The position numbers were made by a program, and so were the translations under genes. Under the pieces are notes generated by a model. The model was not told the origin of the DNA. It ran no database searches and saw only the letters and a list, made by a program, of their open reading frames with translations. A stretch of DNA of 63,034 nt, filler included, from Diploschistes diacapsis (taxonomy: Eukaryota), in assembly GCA_023645945.1 (NCBI GenBank). It is 21 parts of 21 records of this genome, joined end to end, with 100 filler letters (N's around TTAATTAATTAA, not from the genome) between each part and the next. Parts side by side here need not be neighbours in the genome. Positions count along the whole stretch, not along the records: positions 59,337 to 60,502 come from JALAIB010003749.1; positions 60,603 to 61,768 come from JALAIB010003750.1; positions 61,869 to 63,034 come from JALAIB010003751.1; 18 more parts are not named here. One strand, 5' to 3'. Shown piece after piece: positions 59,237-63,034 of the stretch. Positions within the stretch are counted from its first letter, which is position 1. The number at the start of each line of letters is the position of its first letter.

Positions 59237-59855
59237 NNNNNNNNNNNNNNNNNNNNNNNNNNNNNNNNNNNNNNNNNNNNTTAATTAATTAANNNNNNNN
59301 NNNNNNNNNNNNNNNNNNNNNNNNNNNNNNNNNNNNACTAAAATAATAATAAACAAATAAAAAGAAACAAAAAAAAAATAAAGCCTTTATATTAAACCAA
59401 CTTTAATAATGAATAAATAATAATGATATATTAAATTATTAACGACTCGTCGTCGACGCGTTAATTAAAAGTTAACAAACATTAAATAGAACTATATATT
59501 AATAATTAATATTATTAAAACATAAAAGATTGACGATACGTTAGAGATCTATTATCGTATAATTAATAATAAAGATACGTTACGAGGGTTAAACGCTCTA
59601 AACACAGAATTTAAGAAAGAAGAGGATAATTATAATACGCATAACTTAATAAGAATTACCGGGTTATTAAAAGGTATATCAAGCATATATCAAGGCTCGC
59701 TAGCGTATTCTTATATAAAAACAGAGTTTTCGTAAATAGAGATAATTCTTCAGAAGTTATTTCATTAATACATCTATCGTCTAGCAGAAATCTAGCCCCC
59801 GAATAGCCACTTATCTACCTTATTGTCACACTGTAGTATTAACCTTTACATTCAT

Positions 59856-60020
59856 TAGGCTGGCCATTTCGTGCCACGGACACTGACACGGACACCGCAG
59901 CAAAAAATTTTCGGCACGGACACTGACACGGACATTGTACTGCGGTGAAAGTACGGACACGGATATCGTAGTAAAAATTTTTAAAACACGGACATTAACA
60001 CGGATATTATATTATAACGA
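59856..60020 (+). mobile_element. hAT left end related to the 49389 element
   Basis: TAGGCTGGCCATTTCGTGCCACGGACAC followed by CACGGACAC repeats. Confidence 0.8.
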
Positions 60021-60222
60021 ACATTTTTTTATCGTATATCGTATAATTGCGTTAAGCCGGATCTATATTTTTAAATAAATAGATCACGGGCTGCAATAGG
60101 CCGTTATCGGTTTTTTAAAATAGGATGTCTTCGATAATTACATCGCTGGCGTCGTATTTTATCAAAAATCGCTTATTTAGGTCGAAAGTACGCCATTATA
60201 GGTTCGGAAGACACGACCTTCT

Positions 60223-60502
60223 TGTTACGATCCAAGTACCAGACTTGGCACGTCCCAGCTTTGTTATATATAGGTCAATCACGGGACGGGGAGTCACGTG
60301 ATATGCTTATTAATCGCGCTTATTCTCGTAAGCGGCGAGCAGATCTTCGTTATCGCTCGATAATCGCGTTTATTCTTATAAACGACGAGCCTCGAAAATA
60401 TCGCTCGTTAAATTTATAATAAACGACGAACGAACTGATTATATATAAACGCAGCTTACTTTCGTGAAAAAAGACGTGTTTATTTTTATAAATATCCTTA
60501 AT
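60223..60502 (+). mobile_element. LTR family A 5' part
   Basis: TGTTACGATCCAAGTACC.. is the reverse complement of 42488 back to ~42215. Confidence 0.8.
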
Positions 60503-60602
60503 NNNNNNNNNNNNNNNNNNNNNNNNNNNNNNNNNNNNNNNNNNNNTTAATTAATTAANNNNNNNNNNNNNNNNNNNNNNNNNNNNNNNNNNNNNNNNNN
60601 NN

Positions 60603-61339
60603 ACTAATATCTCGCCGTCAACTTTAAAAACGCTCTCAAGATCTTATAAGAATTTTATTAATTAAATTTCGAAAAAATAAAATCTTCGTAACTAATAATA
60701 CCCGGGAATAAATAATTTACGTTAATAAAAATTATAAACGAAAACGAATTTTTAAAATAAAGCGATATCGATTATTACGATAATTATATTTTTTTATAAA
60801 ATCTAAAAACGTATTTAATTAAAAACGACGTTAAAAGAAATTTAAAAAAACGGAAACATCTATGACGAAAAAATAACGGATATCCTTTTAAATAAATTAA
60901 AAAAAGAAATAAAAATCGAAATAAAGATTAATTAAAAAAAAGTATCGCGTTTATAAAAAACATAAGCATCTAGAAAGGAAGGCAATAAGATAGCCCAGCC
61001 TAGGGGCCTGCCAAGCCACGGCAGGGTTAATGCCCAGGTACTTGCCAAGCCACGGCAGGATTAATACCCAGGGGCTTACCAAGCCACGGCAGGATTAATG
61101 CCCAAATGCTTGCCAAGACACGACAGGGTCAAGAAATGGCTATATAGACGAATAATCCCCGAACCCCGGTAAACCTAACACCCACATTACTTAACGATAC
61201 CCTCCTCCTACCTAGATAATTTCTTCTTCAGCTTTTCGAATCGAGACCTTTTACCTACAGATACCCAAGCTACACCTAATCCTTCCGGATCAGGCCCAGC
61301 CCCCGATAGTATAGCATCCTTTCCTGCGCTAGCGTTTCA
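60603..61339 (-). mobile_element. Repeat family B with internal ~30-bp tandem repeats (GCCAAGCCACGGCAGG x4, 61005-61130)
   Basis: Terminus ..GCGCTAGCGTTTCA; tandem units read directly. Confidence 0.7.
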
Positions 61340-61868
61340 TACGACGAACTAAAGAATATTTTAAAATAAGAATAATAATAATTATTACGATAAAAAGCGT
61401 TGATATCAGAAGATGGTTTAAGCTTAATAAAAAAAGAATAAGATATTATTTACTCGCCTAATCAAAACGATATAACGGAAAAAGTAATAAATACTTCCTT
61501 TACGAAACGAAAACGTAAAAAGAACGCTAAAATAGGTCGAATAAAGTCTAATATAGATTTATCGATACGAATAGCTTCGTAATAAATAAACGTATTTATA
61601 AAATTAAATAACGATTAATAAAACGCTAGCGACGCCGTTAAACAACTCGATTTAACTATACAATCTAAAGAAATGGAATTTAAGATAAAGATAAATCTTA
61701 TAGATCCTATAGGCTTAAATCTAGGTACAAAATCAGTATATTAATAGAATTAGGTTACGATTTAAATCNNNNNNNNNNNNNNNNNNNNNNNNNNNNNNNN
61801 NNNNNNNNNNNNTTAATTAATTAANNNNNNNNNNNNNNNNNNNNNNNNNNNNNNNNNNNNNNNNNNNN

Positions 61869-62154
61869 CGAATAATCGTTAAAGATGTTTATAAAAGTAA
61901 ACACGTCCTAATTTATAAAAATCATAACGGTATTTTTATATAATTAATTACTTTTTAGCGGAGTAAATTAATAAATAAATAAAATTACCGTTCTCCCGTT
62001 TTATCTATAAAAGGATAAAATAGCCTCCAAGGCTTTCTACTCATCACGTGACCAGTGTCACCATAATTGGATTATATATAAGGAGTGGTTGGGTAATGCC
62101 CGATCAGCTATGGAGTGCCAAATGGACTACCACCTAGTCACTTGGATCGTAACA
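61869..62154 (-). mobile_element. LTR family A variant end
   Basis: Ends CTTGGATCGTAACA. Confidence 0.7.
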
Positions 62155-62180
62155 GTTCCGTACGATATAAAAAAGATAAT

Positions 62181-63034
62181 TGTTTGGCAACGTAATGGAT
62201 ATATTGAAGTCTAGAGGTCTTATCTAGGAGGTTATCCTACTTTGCAGACTTTTATCCTCGTGGGATACACTAAGCCCTATTACCTACACTATTCCTTATT
62301 CGATCTAATTAAAATTCCAAAAGGTTCAGCTAAACTAAACCTCCTTCTGGAACTTAGTTATACTTTCAGCCATGCCTTCTATCTATCTGTTCAACATTCT
62401 TTCACAGGCGGAATCACTCGGTATAATTATATAATTCAATTAGATATCTTTTAAATTAGATCGAGTTCTTTAATAAAGACGTCGTGTTTCGAGTAATTTA
62501 GTGATTTCGTAAACCCATTAACAATTATTTTATTGGTAGGAATATAGGATACCTTAATACATCCTTACTTAACAAGATCTCGTACGTGATGATAAGTAAT
62601 ATCGACGTGTTTTAAACGGTCGTTAATTTTTACGTGTTTTATTAGATTTAAAGAACCAATATTATCGCCGAATAGATTAACAGTATATAAAAATGGTCCT
62701 ATAAGATCAGAATAGCCAATATCTTTTAAAAACTATAAACACTATAAGACTTATTTAACGACGTGAAATAAACCAATATACTCAGCTTTTATAATTAACG
62801 TTAAAACTAAGCTCTATTTTTTATTTATCTAGAATATTGGTCTACCGTATAATTAAAAGACATATCCATATATAAACTTTCGATCTAACTTATCTCCCTT
62901 ATAATCTATATCGAAATATTCTCGTCATTTCGAAAGTTTAGGTTTAAAACTGAACTAAACTTTAATATCTTTTATCTTCCGAATATAACGGAGTAATCCC
63001 TTTAAAATATATAAATAATAAATTAATTATATAC
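62181..63034 (-). mobile_element. Ty1/copia 3' end: RNase H relic plus 216-bp 3' LTR (62181-62396)
   Basis: Minus strand reads EYFDIDYKGDKLDRK.IYGYVF and RLKHVDITYHHVRDLVK, then a purine tract, then TGTTGAAC..CCAAACA. Confidence 0.85.

Noticed and set aside
19427..61868. Regularly spaced TTAATTAATTAA motifs between N runs, superficially a repeat array
   Set aside because: Identical artificial linkers between size-sorted contigs. Adjacency across them has no biological meaning, so no cross-linker clusters were inferred.
39032..63034. AT-rich contigs as mitochondrial DNA or an AT-rich endosymbiont or virus
   Set aside because: They translate into copia, gypsy and Fot1 proteins with transition-derived stops and share LTR/TIR families with the end of nuclear contig 1, so they are RIP-mutated nuclear repeats.

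Overview
The window is not continuous DNA. It is 21 size-sorted contigs joined by an artificial 100-bp linker (N44-TTAATTAATTAA-N44), and most of it is from a filamentous ascomycete (Pezizomycotina; short GT..CTRAC..YAG introns). Contig 1 (1-19426) holds a truncated repeat-bearing gene behind a fold-back inverted repeat, a GPI wall protein, a fasciclin, a NIPA Mg2+ transporter, a PTH11-like receptor, a secreted GMC oxidoreductase of the glucose dehydrogenase/oxidase group, ARB1 and a MUG113/T5orf172-domain protein. Contig 2 (19527-38931) holds a Harbinger-like palindromic element end, a 1043-aa intronless unknown protein, HEM25, a UBTD-type ubiquitin-domain protein, a single-chain succinyl-CoA-synthetase alpha-beta fusion, a PI-PLC, a disordered orphan with 45-aa repeats and a HAK/KUP K+ transporter. 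Eighteen of the nineteen ~1.17-kb contigs (39032-63034) are RIP-degraded, nested transposon junctions: Ty1/copia, Ty3/gypsy chromovirus, Fot1/pogo, hAT and foldback/MULE-like. They include a complete 610-bp TRIM and a complete 610-bp non-autonomous hAT. The exception (56803-57969) is an un-RIPed tandem 5S rRNA array that looks non-ascomycete and green-alga-like. The most interesting items are the SCS alpha-beta fusion (degenerate ATP-grasp, internal presequence-like linker, near HEM25), the alien 5S contig, the 1043-aa orphan and the TRIM. All family calls are from motif recognition by eye; no searches were run.
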